DNA from: a virus
Lineage: Duplodnaviria > Caudoviricetes
Length of the DNA: 25,686 nt
Virus record (IMG/VR): IMGVR_UViG_3300044708_000022
Location: 1-25,686 of that record
Strand: one strand, 5' to 3'
The number at the start of each line of letters is the position of its first letter. Within the stretch, counting starts at the first letter, position 1. Below, piece after piece: positions 7,060 to 15,199 of this stretch. Position numbers and translations under genes: made by a program. Under the pieces are notes generated by a model. It was not told the origin of the DNA, did not search any database, and was given only the letters and a program-made list of their open reading frames with translations.

Positions 7060-8676
7060 ATGCCTGACCCGATCGTGTTTCCGGCGAAACGTGACCGGCG
7101 AGGGGGCTGGAACCGGAATGCTCCCACCCGTGACGAGGGGCCGTTGGGTCAGCCGGCCGCCCCGCAAGATCCGATCGCGTTTATCAACAAGCTAACGCAC
7201 ACAAAAGGCCAATTCGGCGGGCAGCCGTTCAACCTCCGGCCCTGGCAGATCAAGATCCTGAAGCGGATCTTCAAGAAGCGGCGCGATGGGCTCCGGCAGA
7301 ACCGGATGTGCCTGCTCATGCTCCCGCGCAAGAACGGCAAGACCGAGCTGGCCGCGGCGATTCTGCTCTATGGGCTCGTCGCCGATGGCGAGATGGGCGC
7401 CGAGGTGTATTCGGCGGGGGCCGACCGGGACCAGGCCGGCCTGGTCTATGGCGTCGCGGCCCAGATGGTCCGGAACGATCCGGAACTGGCCGAGGCCTGC
7501 TACATCGTCGAGTCGCAGAAGCGGATCGTCCATCGGGCGACCGGCAGCTTCTACCGGGCGATCTCGGCCGAAGCGTACAGCAAGCACGGCTTCAATGCGT
7601 CGATGGTGATCTACGACGAGCTCCATGCGGCGCCCGATCGCCGGCTCTATGACGTGCTCTCGACGTCGATGGGCGGGCGCCAGCAGCCGCTGTTTCTCGT
7701 GATTTCCACCGCGGGGTACGACCGGCATTCGATCCTCTGGGAGCTGTACAGCCACGCGAAGAAGGTGCAGGAGCGTCCGGCGATCGATCCGTCGTTCCTG
7801 CCGATTCTCTATGAGGCGCCCGAAGGGGCCGACTGGACGAAACCGCGCGTCTGGCAGAAGGCAAATCCGGCCCTCGGGGATTTCCGCTCCCTCGAGGAGC
7901 TACAGACCCTGGCGGCCCGCGCCAAGGAGATCCCCGCGCAGGAAAACACGTTTCGCCGGCTGTACCTGAACCAGTGGACCGAGCAGGCCGCGCGGTGGAT
8001 TCAGATGCCCGCCTGGGATGCCTGCCTGGCGCCTGGAGGCGGCCCCCAGGCGCTTCTGGGGCGCCGGTGCTACGTCGGGATGGACCTGAGCACCACGACC
8101 GACCTAACGGCGCTCGTGGCGGTCTTCCCCGACGAGCAGGGCTTCGACGTACTGGCCCGGTTCTTCGTGCCCAAGGAGCGGATTGCCGAGCGCTCGCGCC
8201 GCGACCACGTCCCGTATGACGAGTGGGCGCGCCAGGGCGTGCTGACGTCCACGCCGGGCGCGGTCGTCGACTATGATGTCCTCCGCCAAGTCCTGAAACA
8301 ATGGACCGCGGAGTTCTCCCTGCAGATGGTCGCCTTCGATCCGTGGAACGCCACCGACCTGGTCTCGCGTCTCCAGCAGCAGGACGGGCTGCCGTGTGTC
8401 TCGATGCGCCAGGGCTTCGCCTCGCTCTCGGCGCCGACCAAGTCCCTCGAGCAAGCCATTCTGAGCCGCCGCCTGCGCCATGACGGCCACCCCGTGCTGC
8501 GCTGGAATGTCAGCAACGTCGCCGTCGAGAGCGATTCGGCGGGCAACCTGAAACCGAGCAAGACCCTCTCAACCGAGCGGATCGATGGGGTCGTCGCGCT
8601 CGTCATGGCCGTCGACATCATGAACCGGCTGGCTCCGGCCTCGACGCCGAGCTATCAGATGCTGGTGGTCGGGTGA
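7060..8676 (+). CDS. terL: Terminase large subunit
   Basis: LRPWQ, Walker A PRKNGKT, Walker B VIYDELH, ISTAG coupling motif, nuclease GMDLS and RIDGVVALVMA. Confidence 0.97.
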   Translation: MPDPIVFPAKRDRRGGWNRNAPTRDEGPLGQPAAPQDPIAFINKLTHTKGQFGGQPFNLRPWQIKILKRIFKKRRDGLRQNRMCLLMLPRKNGKTELAAAILLYGLVADGEMGAEVYSAGADRDQAGLVYGVAAQMVRNDPELAEACYIVESQKRIVHRATGSFYRAISAEAYSKHGFNASMVIYDELHAAPDRRLYDVLSTSMGGRQQPLFLVISTAGYDRHSILWELYSHAKKVQERPAIDPSFLPILYEAPEGADWTKPRVWQKANPALGDFRSLEELQTLAARAKEIPAQENTFRRLYLNQWTEQAARWIQMPAWDACLAPGGGPQALLGRRCYVGMDLSTTTDLTALVAVFPDEQGFDVLARFFVPKERIAERSRRDHVPYDEWARQGVLTSTPGAVVDYDVLRQVLKQWTAEFSLQMVAFDPWNATDLVSRLQQQDGLPCVSMRQGFASLSAPTKSLEQAILSRRLRHDGHPVLRWNVSNVAVESDSAGNLKPSKTLSTERIDGVVALVMAVDIMNRLAPASTPSYQMLVVG

Positions 8677-8849
8677 AACCGCGCGGCCGGCCTCGCCTGG
8701 CGCCCGAGGACGCCTCGGTGAACGTGCACTTCCGGCTGCCGGCCAAGCAATACGACCTGACGCAGAAGCAGGCCGACCAGGCGCGGCTCCCGCTCGGCGA
8801 CTGGCTCCGGCGGGTCGTCGAGCGCGCCTGTCGCCCGCCGAAGGGCTGA
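8673..8849 (+). CDS. 58-aa ribbon-helix-helix (CopG/Arc-like) DNA-binding protein (not in ORF track)
   Basis: GTGA overlap with terL stop; MKPRGRPRLAPEDASVNVHFRLPAKQYDLTQKQADQARLPLGDWLRRVVERACRPPKG has a beta strand (VNVHFRL) and two helices. Confidence 0.8.
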   Translation: MKPRGRPRLAPEDASVNVHFRLPAKQYDLTQKQADQARLPLGDWLRRVVERACRPPKG

Positions 8850-8862
8850 CATCGGCGGAGGT

Positions 8863-8892
8863 TCGACAGGGGGCGTTCACTGCCAGTAAACT
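8863..8892 (+). promoter_or_regulatory. Putative sigma70-type promoter for a leaderless TA transcript
   Basis: TCGACA, 18 bp, TAAACT; ATG 8900 lies 7 nt after the -10 box with no SD. Confidence 0.6.
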
Positions 8893-8899
8893 ACTCGGC

Positions 8900-9139
8900 A
8901 TGACGCCCACCTTGGACGCCGCCGTCGCCGAGCTCGCGCGCCTCGCGCCGGAGGATCAAGACCGCATCGCGCGCTGTCTCGTGGCCCTCATCGAAGTCGC
9001 ACATCCCGAGCTCGCGGACGACGCGGCATGGACGCGCCAGTTTGCGGCGTCGCACGACGCGCTCGATTGGCTCGCCGAGGAAGCGCGCGCGGACATCGCC
9101 GCTGGCCGGACGACGGATCTCGATCCCGACCGCGTGTGA
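8900..9139 (+). CDS. Type II antitoxin (putative)
   Basis: Small acidic protein, L..EDQD.IA...DDAAW.RQFA.S.DALD.LAEEARAD...G.T pattern; GTGA overlap with the toxin. Confidence 0.8.
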   Translation: MTPTLDAAVAELARLAPEDQDRIARCLVALIEVAHPELADDAAWTRQFAASHDALDWLAEEARADIAAGRTTDLDPDRV

Positions 9140-9399
9140 TCTCGCAGACGACGCCGCGGTTCTGGACCGCCTACCACAATCTCCCGAGCCCGATCCAAGA
9201 CGCGGCGCGCAAGGCGTACCGGTTCTTTCGCGCGGAGCCGCACCACCCGAGCTTGCAGTTCAAAAAGATTCATGGCGCCGTCTACTCGGTCCGCGTCACG
9301 CGAGGCTACCGCGCGCTCGGGCGGCTCGATGGCGAGCGCGTCACCTGGTTCTGGATTGGGAACCATGCGGACTATGACCGCCTCGTGAAGTCACTGTAA
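9136..9399 (+). CDS. RelE/ParE-superfamily toxin
   Basis: TTPRFW.AY..LP..IQ..ARKAY..F...P.HPSLQFKKI...YSVRV.RGYRALG......WFWIG.HADYD; 87 aa, basic. Confidence 0.88.
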   Translation: MISQTTPRFWTAYHNLPSPIQDAARKAYRFFRAEPHHPSLQFKKIHGAVYSVRVTRGYRALGRLDGERVTWFWIGNHADYDRLVKSL

Positions 9400-9400
9400 G

Positions 9401-9448
9401 TATTTTTGTCGCCGTAAATAGACAGCCAGCCGTCGATCGGTTCCACTC
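9401..9448 (+). promoter_or_regulatory. Candidate late promoter/operator upstream of the capsid gene
   Basis: AT-rich inverted repeat TATTT-N10-AAATA (9401-9420) abutting TAGACA (9419-9424), 17 bp, weak -10 TCCACT; capsid GTG follows 8 nt later without SD. Confidence 0.4.
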
Positions 9449-9455
9449 GTGAACC

Positions 9456-11327
9456 GTGTTGCACGCGTACACTCATCTCGAGGTCAAGGCGCTCGAGGGC
9501 GCCGCCTCGCGCACGATCTCGGGGATTGCCTCGACGCCCAATCCGGATCGCGAAGGCAATATCTTCGATCCGCTCGGCGCGCAGTTCGTCAATCCGATCC
9601 CGCTCCTGCTCCATCACGATATCCGCCAACCCGTGGGCCAGGCGACGCTCACGGCGACCAAGGCGGGCCTGTTGTTCGAGGCGACCATCGCGAGCGTCAC
9701 CGAGCCAGGGCCCCTCCGCGATCGGTTGGAGGACACCTGGCAACAGCTCCAGGCCGGCCTCCTCAACAAGGCCTCGATCGGGTTCCGCGTGCTCGAGGGC
9801 GGCGCCGCGCGGCTGCGGAGCGGCTTCGTGCGCCTGTTCAAGACCGAAGTCTGCGAACTCTCCCTGACGACCATGCCGGTCAATGCGGACGCCGTCGTCC
9901 TGGCGGTGAAGTCGCTCGAATCCACCTGTTTTGCGGCCGGCATATCGCCGTCCGCCCCATCAAAGGGCAAGCCGATGACCACTGCCGAACACATCACCGA
10001 TCTGGAAGTCCGACGCAGCAATCTCGTCGCGCACATGACCGCGCTCCTCGAGGACGATCGGCTGGATGAGGGCAAGCAGAAGGAATACGACGGCCTTGAG
10101 GCCGAGTGCAAAGACATCGACGCGAAGCTGCCGCGGCTCCGGACATTCGAGAAAACGATCGCGGCGGCCGCAGTGCCCGTCGACGGGCCGCCCCGGGCGC
10201 CGGGGATCATTCGCGCGCGCTCGCGCACGCTCCTGCCGGGGACGGCCTTCGTCCGGTACTGCAAGGCGCTCGCCGCCAGTCGCGGCGATACGATGGCGGC
10301 GATCAGTTTCGCGAAGGAATGGCAGGACACCACGCCGGAAGTGGAACTGGTCCTCCGAGCCGCGACGGGGCCGGCCTCGACGGTCAGTGCGGCCTGGGCC
10401 GGCGCGCTCGTCCCGACCGTGCAGCAGCTCGGCAGTGAGTTCATGGAACTCTTGCGGCCGGCGACGGTCATCGGCCGGATTCCGGGCCTGCGGCGCGTCC
10501 CGTTCAACGTCCAAGTGCCTCGGCAGACCGGCGGCGGCACCTATCGCTGGGTCGGGGAGGGCTCGCCCAAACCGGTGACGCAGCTCGTGTTCACGACGGT
10601 CGCGCTCGCGCAGTACAAGATCGCCGGCATCCTGACGTTCACCTACGAGCTGGCGCGCAGCTCGGAACCCTCGGCCGAGCAGACGTTCCGTGACGAGATG
10701 ATCGCCGGCATCGCGCAATTCATGGATGCCCAATTCCTCGATCCGACCGTCGCCGCGGCGGCTGGCGTCAATCCCGCCTCGATCACCAACGGCGTGACCG
10801 GCATTCCGGCGACGACCGACCCGCTCGCCGACATTTCGAATCTGCTGAACACGTTCATCGCGGCCAACATTCCGCTGGCTGGCGTCGTGCTGCTCATGAG
10901 CGAGGCCAACGCCTTCCTGCTCGGATCGCAGCGGACGGCGATGGGCGAGGCGGTGTTTCCGGGCGTCACGGTGTCGGGCGGATCGATCAACGGCATCCCA
11001 ATCATTCCGGCGCAGGCCGCCGGGACCAACGTCATCGGCGTCGTGCCGCGCTACGTCCTCTTTGCGGACGATGGCGGCGTGTCGATCGATGTCTCGCGTG
11101 AAGCGTCGCTGCAGTTTGTCGACAACCCGGGCGTGCCGGATGCGACCACGGTGTTCCGGTCGCTCTGGCAAGACAACCTGGTCGGCCTGCGCGCCGAACG
11201 CTTCTGCGCGTGGGTCAAGGGGCACCCGAGCGCGGTCAACATGATCACCGGGACCGCCTATACGCCGGCCGTGGCTGGGGGCACCGGGGGCACGTTCCCC
11301 GTGACCACGCGCACGACGAAGTCCTGA
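9456..11327 (+). CDS. HK97-type prohead protease-major capsid protein fusion
   Basis: Protease motifs ISGIAST..PDREG, PLLLHHD, SIGFR, ELSLTTMPVN; coiled-coil delta domain; capsid motifs WVGEG.PKP, KIAGI, SLWQDNLVGLRAERF. Confidence 0.95.
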   Translation: MLHAYTHLEVKALEGAASRTISGIASTPNPDREGNIFDPLGAQFVNPIPLLLHHDIRQPVGQATLTATKAGLLFEATIASVTEPGPLRDRLEDTWQQLQAGLLNKASIGFRVLEGGAARLRSGFVRLFKTEVCELSLTTMPVNADAVVLAVKSLESTCFAAGISPSAPSKGKPMTTAEHITDLEVRRSNLVAHMTALLEDDRLDEGKQKEYDGLEAECKDIDAKLPRLRTFEKTIAAAAVPVDGPPRAPGIIRARSRTLLPGTAFVRYCKALAASRGDTMAAISFAKEWQDTTPEVELVLRAATGPASTVSAAWAGALVPTVQQLGSEFMELLRPATVIGRIPGLRRVPFNVQVPRQTGGGTYRWVGEGSPKPVTQLVFTTVALAQYKIAGILTFTYELARSSEPSAEQTFRDEMIAGIAQFMDAQFLDPTVAAAAGVNPASITNGVTGIPATTDPLADISNLLNTFIAANIPLAGVVLLMSEANAFLLGSQRTAMGEAVFPGVTVSGGSINGIPIIPAQAAGTNVIGVVPRYVLFADDGGVSIDVSREASLQFVDNPGVPDATTVFRSLWQDNLVGLRAERFCAWVKGHPSAVNMITGTAYTPAVAGGTGGTFPVTTRTTKS

Positions 11328-11340
11328 CGCGGGGCACCTG

Positions 11341-12636
11341 ATGCGACTCCTCGGGTACGAGTTCTCGCTGCGGAAGGCCGTCCCGCTCGCGCCCGTCCGT
11401 GGCGCGGGCGGCTGGTGGCCGATCGTGCGCGAGCCGTACACGGGCGCCTGGCAGAACAACGAGGCGCTCGGGATCGAGAGTGTGCTCTCGAATCCGGTCG
11501 TGTTTCGCTGCGTCTCGCTCATTGCGTCCGACATCGGGAAGCTCCCGCTCCGGCTCGTCGCCGTCGATGACGATGGGATCTGGCACGAGACGACGAGCCC
11601 GGCATTCTCGCCCGTCTTGCGGCAACCGAACCGCTACCAGACGCCCGCGCAATTATTCCAAGTCTGGATGTTTTCGAAGCTGCTCTGTGGCAATACGTAC
11701 GTGCTCAAGGACCGCGACCAGCGCGGCGTCGTGACCGCGCTCTACGTGCTCGATCCGGCGCGCGTCAAGACGCTCGTCGCGCCTGATGGCAGCGTCTACT
11801 ACGAGCTCCAGACGAACGACCTGGCCGGCATTCCGGTGAGCGACGGCCAGGTGGTCGTGCCGGCGAAGGAGATCATCCACGACCGCTGGAACTGCATGTT
11901 CCATCCCCTCGTGGGTCTCTCGCCGCTCTACGCCTGCGGCGGGGCGGCGGCCCAGGCGCTCGCGATGCAGGCGGCGAGCACCATGTTTTTTACGGCCGGC
12001 GGGCAGCCGAGCGGCATGCTGGTCGCGCCGACCGCGCTCGATCCGAAAACGATCGAGCGCCTCTCGGCCACCTGGCACGCGCTCGGCCCCGGCAAGACCG
12101 CCATCGTCGACAACGGCATGAAGTACGAGCCGGTGAGCTCGTCGGCGGCCGACTCGCAACTGACCGAACAGATGGGCTGGACGGCCAAGGCCATCGCCGG
12201 CTGTTTCGGCGTGCCGATGTCGATGATCGACTCGACGCAGCAACCGCCGTATGCGAACAACGAAGCGTCGACGCTGCAATATCACTCGCAGTGTTTGCAG
12301 ACGCATCTGACGGCGATCGAAGACGCGCTCGATGCCGGCCTCGAGCTGCCGACGCCGTACGGGACTGAGTTCGATCTCGATGACCTGATCTGGATGGACA
12401 CGGCGACCAAGACCAAGGCCGCGCACGATGCGATCAGTGCGGGCGCCATGTCGCCGAACGAAGCGCGCCTCAAGTACTTCGGGCTCGGCCCGGTGCCAGG
12501 CGGCGACACGCCGTACCTCCAGCAGCAGTACTACTCACTCGAGGCGCTCGCGATGCGCGACCTGGCGCACGCGGCGCCGCCGTCAACCCCCACGCCCGCG
12601 CCGCCTGTCGACACGCCTGCGGAGGTGCCGGCATGA
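11341..12636 (+). CDS. Portal protein, HK97 family
   Basis: VFRCVSLIASDIGKLP, PNRYQT, LLCGNTYV, EIIHDR, GLSPL, MSPNEAR...GLGPVPGGD. Confidence 0.96.
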   Translation: MRLLGYEFSLRKAVPLAPVRGAGGWWPIVREPYTGAWQNNEALGIESVLSNPVVFRCVSLIASDIGKLPLRLVAVDDDGIWHETTSPAFSPVLRQPNRYQTPAQLFQVWMFSKLLCGNTYVLKDRDQRGVVTALYVLDPARVKTLVAPDGSVYYELQTNDLAGIPVSDGQVVVPAKEIIHDRWNCMFHPLVGLSPLYACGGAAAQALAMQAASTMFFTAGGQPSGMLVAPTALDPKTIERLSATWHALGPGKTAIVDNGMKYEPVSSSAADSQLTEQMGWTAKAIAGCFGVPMSMIDSTQQPPYANNEASTLQYHSQCLQTHLTAIEDALDAGLELPTPYGTEFDLDDLIWMDTATKTKAAHDAISAGAMSPNEARLKYFGLGPVPGGDTPYLQQQYYSLEALAMRDLAHAAPPSTPTPAPPVDTPAEVPA

Positions 12637-12977
12637 CGCTCTCGTTTTCGCGCGTCACGCTTGCCGGCCCGCTCTGGACGACGGCCGAGGTCAAAGCGAT
12701 CCAGTTGCGCATCACCGATGCCGCGCACGATGCCGACGTGGACGAGAAGCTGGCGACCGCGCAAGAGGCGGTGCTCGCATACCTCGGCCCGGCAGCCGAT
12801 GAGACCTGGACACCGACGACGGCGCCCAAGGCGGTCAAGCACGCGATCCTGCTCTTGACGGTGCATTACTACGAGCACCGCGGCGATGACTTCGGCCTCA
12901 ATCGACCCGACGAGGCCGTGATCTGGAAGGAGCTCCGCAACCTGCTTCAGATGTATCGCGATCCGGGGCTGGGATAA
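12633..12977 (+). CDS. Head-tail connector (HK97 gp6/SPP1 gp15-like)
   Basis: EVK..LRI, P.AVKHAILLLTVHYYEHRG, LL.MYRDP. Confidence 0.88.
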   Translation: MTLSFSRVTLAGPLWTTAEVKAIQLRITDAAHDADVDEKLATAQEAVLAYLGPAADETWTPTTAPKAVKHAILLLTVHYYEHRGDDFGLNRPDEAVIWKELRNLLQMYRDPGLG

Positions 12978-13277
12978 ATGGGCATCGGGGCGTATCGGCA
13001 TGTCGTGACGCTCGCGGATCTCGATCCGGCCGTCGTGCTCGATCCGCCGACGTGGCACTGCTCAGTCCAGTCGGCGGCCGGCCAGGTGGTCGACGGGCTC
13101 GCGGCGTTCTACGTCCGCGGCCGTTTTCATCCAGGCATCACGCTCGAGACGCAGATCGACTTCGAGGGACGCACGTTGCAGGTGCAGAGCATCACGGACG
13201 TCGATGAGCGGCACCAAGACTTGGTGCTCATGTGTGTGGAGGTGGTGGCCCGTGGCCGGAACCCAGTTACGAATTAA
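12978..13277 (+). CDS. Head closure/head-tail adaptor (SPP1 gp16-like)
   Basis: IG.YRHVVTL, RFHPGIT....I.FEGR.L.V.SI.DVDERH..L.LMC.E. Confidence 0.85.
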   Translation: MGIGAYRHVVTLADLDPAVVLDPPTWHCSVQSAAGQVVDGLAAFYVRGRFHPGITLETQIDFEGRTLQVQSITDVDERHQDLVLMCVEVVARGRNPVTN

Positions 13278-13734
13278 CGGGCTCGACGAGCTGCGTAAGG
13301 CCCTTCTCGCACTGCCGGGGGAGCTCGTGCGCGACGCCGGGGAGATTGTGCAGGCGCAGGCAAACGAGGCCGCGCGCCAGATCGCGGCCGCCTATCCCGT
13401 GGTCACCGGGAACCTCCACGATCATCTGCGCCTCGTGGTCAGGAGCCAGACCCCTGAGAGTGCCAGCGCGACCGTCCGCAACACGGCGAAGCATGCCTGG
13501 CTCTTCGAGCACGGTTCGGCCAGTCGCGAGTGGGTAAACGGCAGCACGACCGCGCCGTTCCGGAAGAAGGGCACGGCGCCGGTACCAAACTGGGGGCGTG
13601 GCAAGAAGACCGGCTCGATGACAAAGCATCCGACGTTGATTCCGATCGCGATCCAGCGACGCCGGATCATGCTGGCCGCCTTGATTGATCTGGTCAAGCG
13701 GACCGGTCTGGACGTCACAGGGACGTCGGCCTGA
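13252..13734 (+). CDS. HK97 gp10-like neck/tail completion protein
   Basis: GGAGG RBS and GTG 13252; INGLDELRKAL, PVVTGNL, AWLFEHGS. Confidence 0.8.
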   Translation: MAGTQLRINGLDELRKALLALPGELVRDAGEIVQAQANEAARQIAAAYPVVTGNLHDHLRLVVRSQTPESASATVRNTAKHAWLFEHGSASREWVNGSTTAPFRKKGTAPVPNWGRGKKTGSMTKHPTLIPIAIQRRRIMLAALIDLVKRTGLDVTGTSA

Positions 13735-13764
13735 GAGCGTAAAACGATTTAAAGGAGAGATCAC

Positions 13765-14388
13765 ATGGCTGCACCTGCTGCTCCCGTCAACAATCCCGGT
13801 ACGCACGGCAAAGAGGGCATTGTCGCGCTGAAGATGAACTCGGGCGATGCCTACGTTGCTATCGGCAACATCTCCGAGTGGACGCTGAACATGGCCAAGG
13901 ACAAGGTCGAGGTGACCAGTCTGGGCGATGCCAATAAACGCTACGTCATGGGCCTGAAGGATCTGTCCGGTTCGTTCACCGCGTACTGGGACCGGCTCAC
14001 GGATGTGATCTTTGATGCGGCCGACGTCGACACGGGCTGCTTCCTGGCCTTCTACCCGAGCGCGACCTCGTCGCAGGCCTGGGAAGGGCCAGCGCATCTC
14101 GATGCGTCGGTCAAAGGCAGCGTGACGTCCGCGGTCACGATCAACGCCACGTTTGTGGCCAACGGCGCCTGGACGCGGACGAGCATGGTGGCCGCGACCG
14201 GCGCGACCGGCGTCACCAGTCCCGGCACCTTCACGCCCGCCGGCGCGATGGCGCCTGCCAACCTGGCCGCGATGAGCGGCGTCACGGCGTCCCCCGCGAC
14301 GGCCTGGACGACGGGCCAGTACGTCAAGCTCGGCGACGGCTCCACCGCGCATTGGAACGGCACGGCCTGGGTCGCCGGCGTGGCATAA
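13765..14388 (+). CDS. Major tail (tube) protein with C-terminal Ala/Thr/Trp-rich appendage
   Basis: AAAGGAG RBS; HGKEG, IGNISEWTLN...VEVTSLGD.NKRYV.GLKDLSGSF.AYWD. Confidence 0.88.
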   Translation: MAAPAAPVNNPGTHGKEGIVALKMNSGDAYVAIGNISEWTLNMAKDKVEVTSLGDANKRYVMGLKDLSGSFTAYWDRLTDVIFDAADVDTGCFLAFYPSATSSQAWEGPAHLDASVKGSVTSAVTINATFVANGAWTRTSMVAATGATGVTSPGTFTPAGAMAPANLAAMSGVTASPATAWTTGQYVKLGDGSTAHWNGTAWVAGVA

Positions 14389-14392
14389 GTCG

Positions 14393-14674
14393 GTGGCCAT
14401 CACCGGTGTCGGGCATCGGATCGTCATCGAAGGCCTGGCGGCCACGGTCCGGCTCGGCTATCACCAGGCCGCCACGCTCGGCCGCTGGAAAGTCGATGGC
14501 GACTTGTTCATCGCCGCGGTCGAGACCGTCGACGGCTTTCGCATCACGCAGTCGCCGCTGACGCTGGAAATCGCGAATGCCGACGGCATTCCGACCCGGC
14601 GTCCGCTCGGCGACGTCACCGTCTACCAGGGGCAGCTCTCCGCGCGGCTGCTCCCTAAACGTCAGGAGCCATAA
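14393..14674 (+). CDS. Hypothetical beta-rich tail-region protein
   Basis: Fills the gap between tube and chaperone genes. Confidence 0.65.
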   Translation: MAITGVGHRIVIEGLAATVRLGYHQAATLGRWKVDGDLFIAAVETVDGFRITQSPLTLEIANADGIPTRRPLGDVTVYQGQLSARLLPKRQEP

Positions 14675-15100
14675 ATGGGATCGCGTTATCGCCGGCAAGA
14701 AGAACTCCGGATCGAGCTCTCCGAGGGCGACTGGCTGCTCGTGCGCAAGCATCTGACGGCCGGCGAGGAGCGAGACGCCTATGCCCGCATCATCAAGGCC
14801 GGCACGGTCAAGCAGGGCGAGAAGCCTGAGTTCGACCTCGAGCATCTCGGCATCGCCCAGGCGGTCAGTTACCTGATCGACTGGTCGATCACCGACGCCG
14901 ACGACAAGCCGATCCGGATTCGCGATCAGGGCTATGCCTTTGTGGCGGCGGCGCTGCGGAACCAGACGCCCGAGAGCCTGCGCGAGATCCTCGAGGCGAT
15001 CCAGGCGCATGACAGCGCGATGACCGCCGAGCGCGAGCTCCAAAAAAAAGACCGGGCTGGCACGACCGCACCCTCTCCGACCTCCACATCTGTCGCGTGA
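14675..15100 (+). CDS. Tail assembly chaperone (gpG-like)
   Basis: AGGAG RBS; YLIDWSITD.D.KPI motif; position before the tape measure gene. Confidence 0.82.
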   Translation: MGSRYRRQEELRIELSEGDWLLVRKHLTAGEERDAYARIIKAGTVKQGEKPEFDLEHLGIAQAVSYLIDWSITDADDKPIRIRDQGYAFVAAALRNQTPESLREILEAIQAHDSAMTAERELQKKDRAGTTAPSPTSTSVA

Positions 15101-15198
15101 TGGGCTGGACGTACGACGACGTGCTCGATCTCCCCGTCGACGTCTACAGCGTGCTCGTCGACGCCTTGAACGAGGAAGCCGCGCGCAGTCGAGAGTGA
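14675..15198 (+). CDS. gpGT-like -1 frameshift product
   Basis: Slippery A AAA AAA at 15043-15049; the -1 frame reads RPGWHDRTLSDLHICRVMGWTYDDVLDLPVDVYSVLVDALNEEAARSRE* and ends 1 nt before the TMP ATG. Confidence 0.8.
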
Positions 15199-15199
15199 C

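Noticed and set aside
6920-7195. ORF spanning cos as a TerS candidate
   Set aside because: No RBS or TerS-like features, and it overlaps both neighbours out of frame
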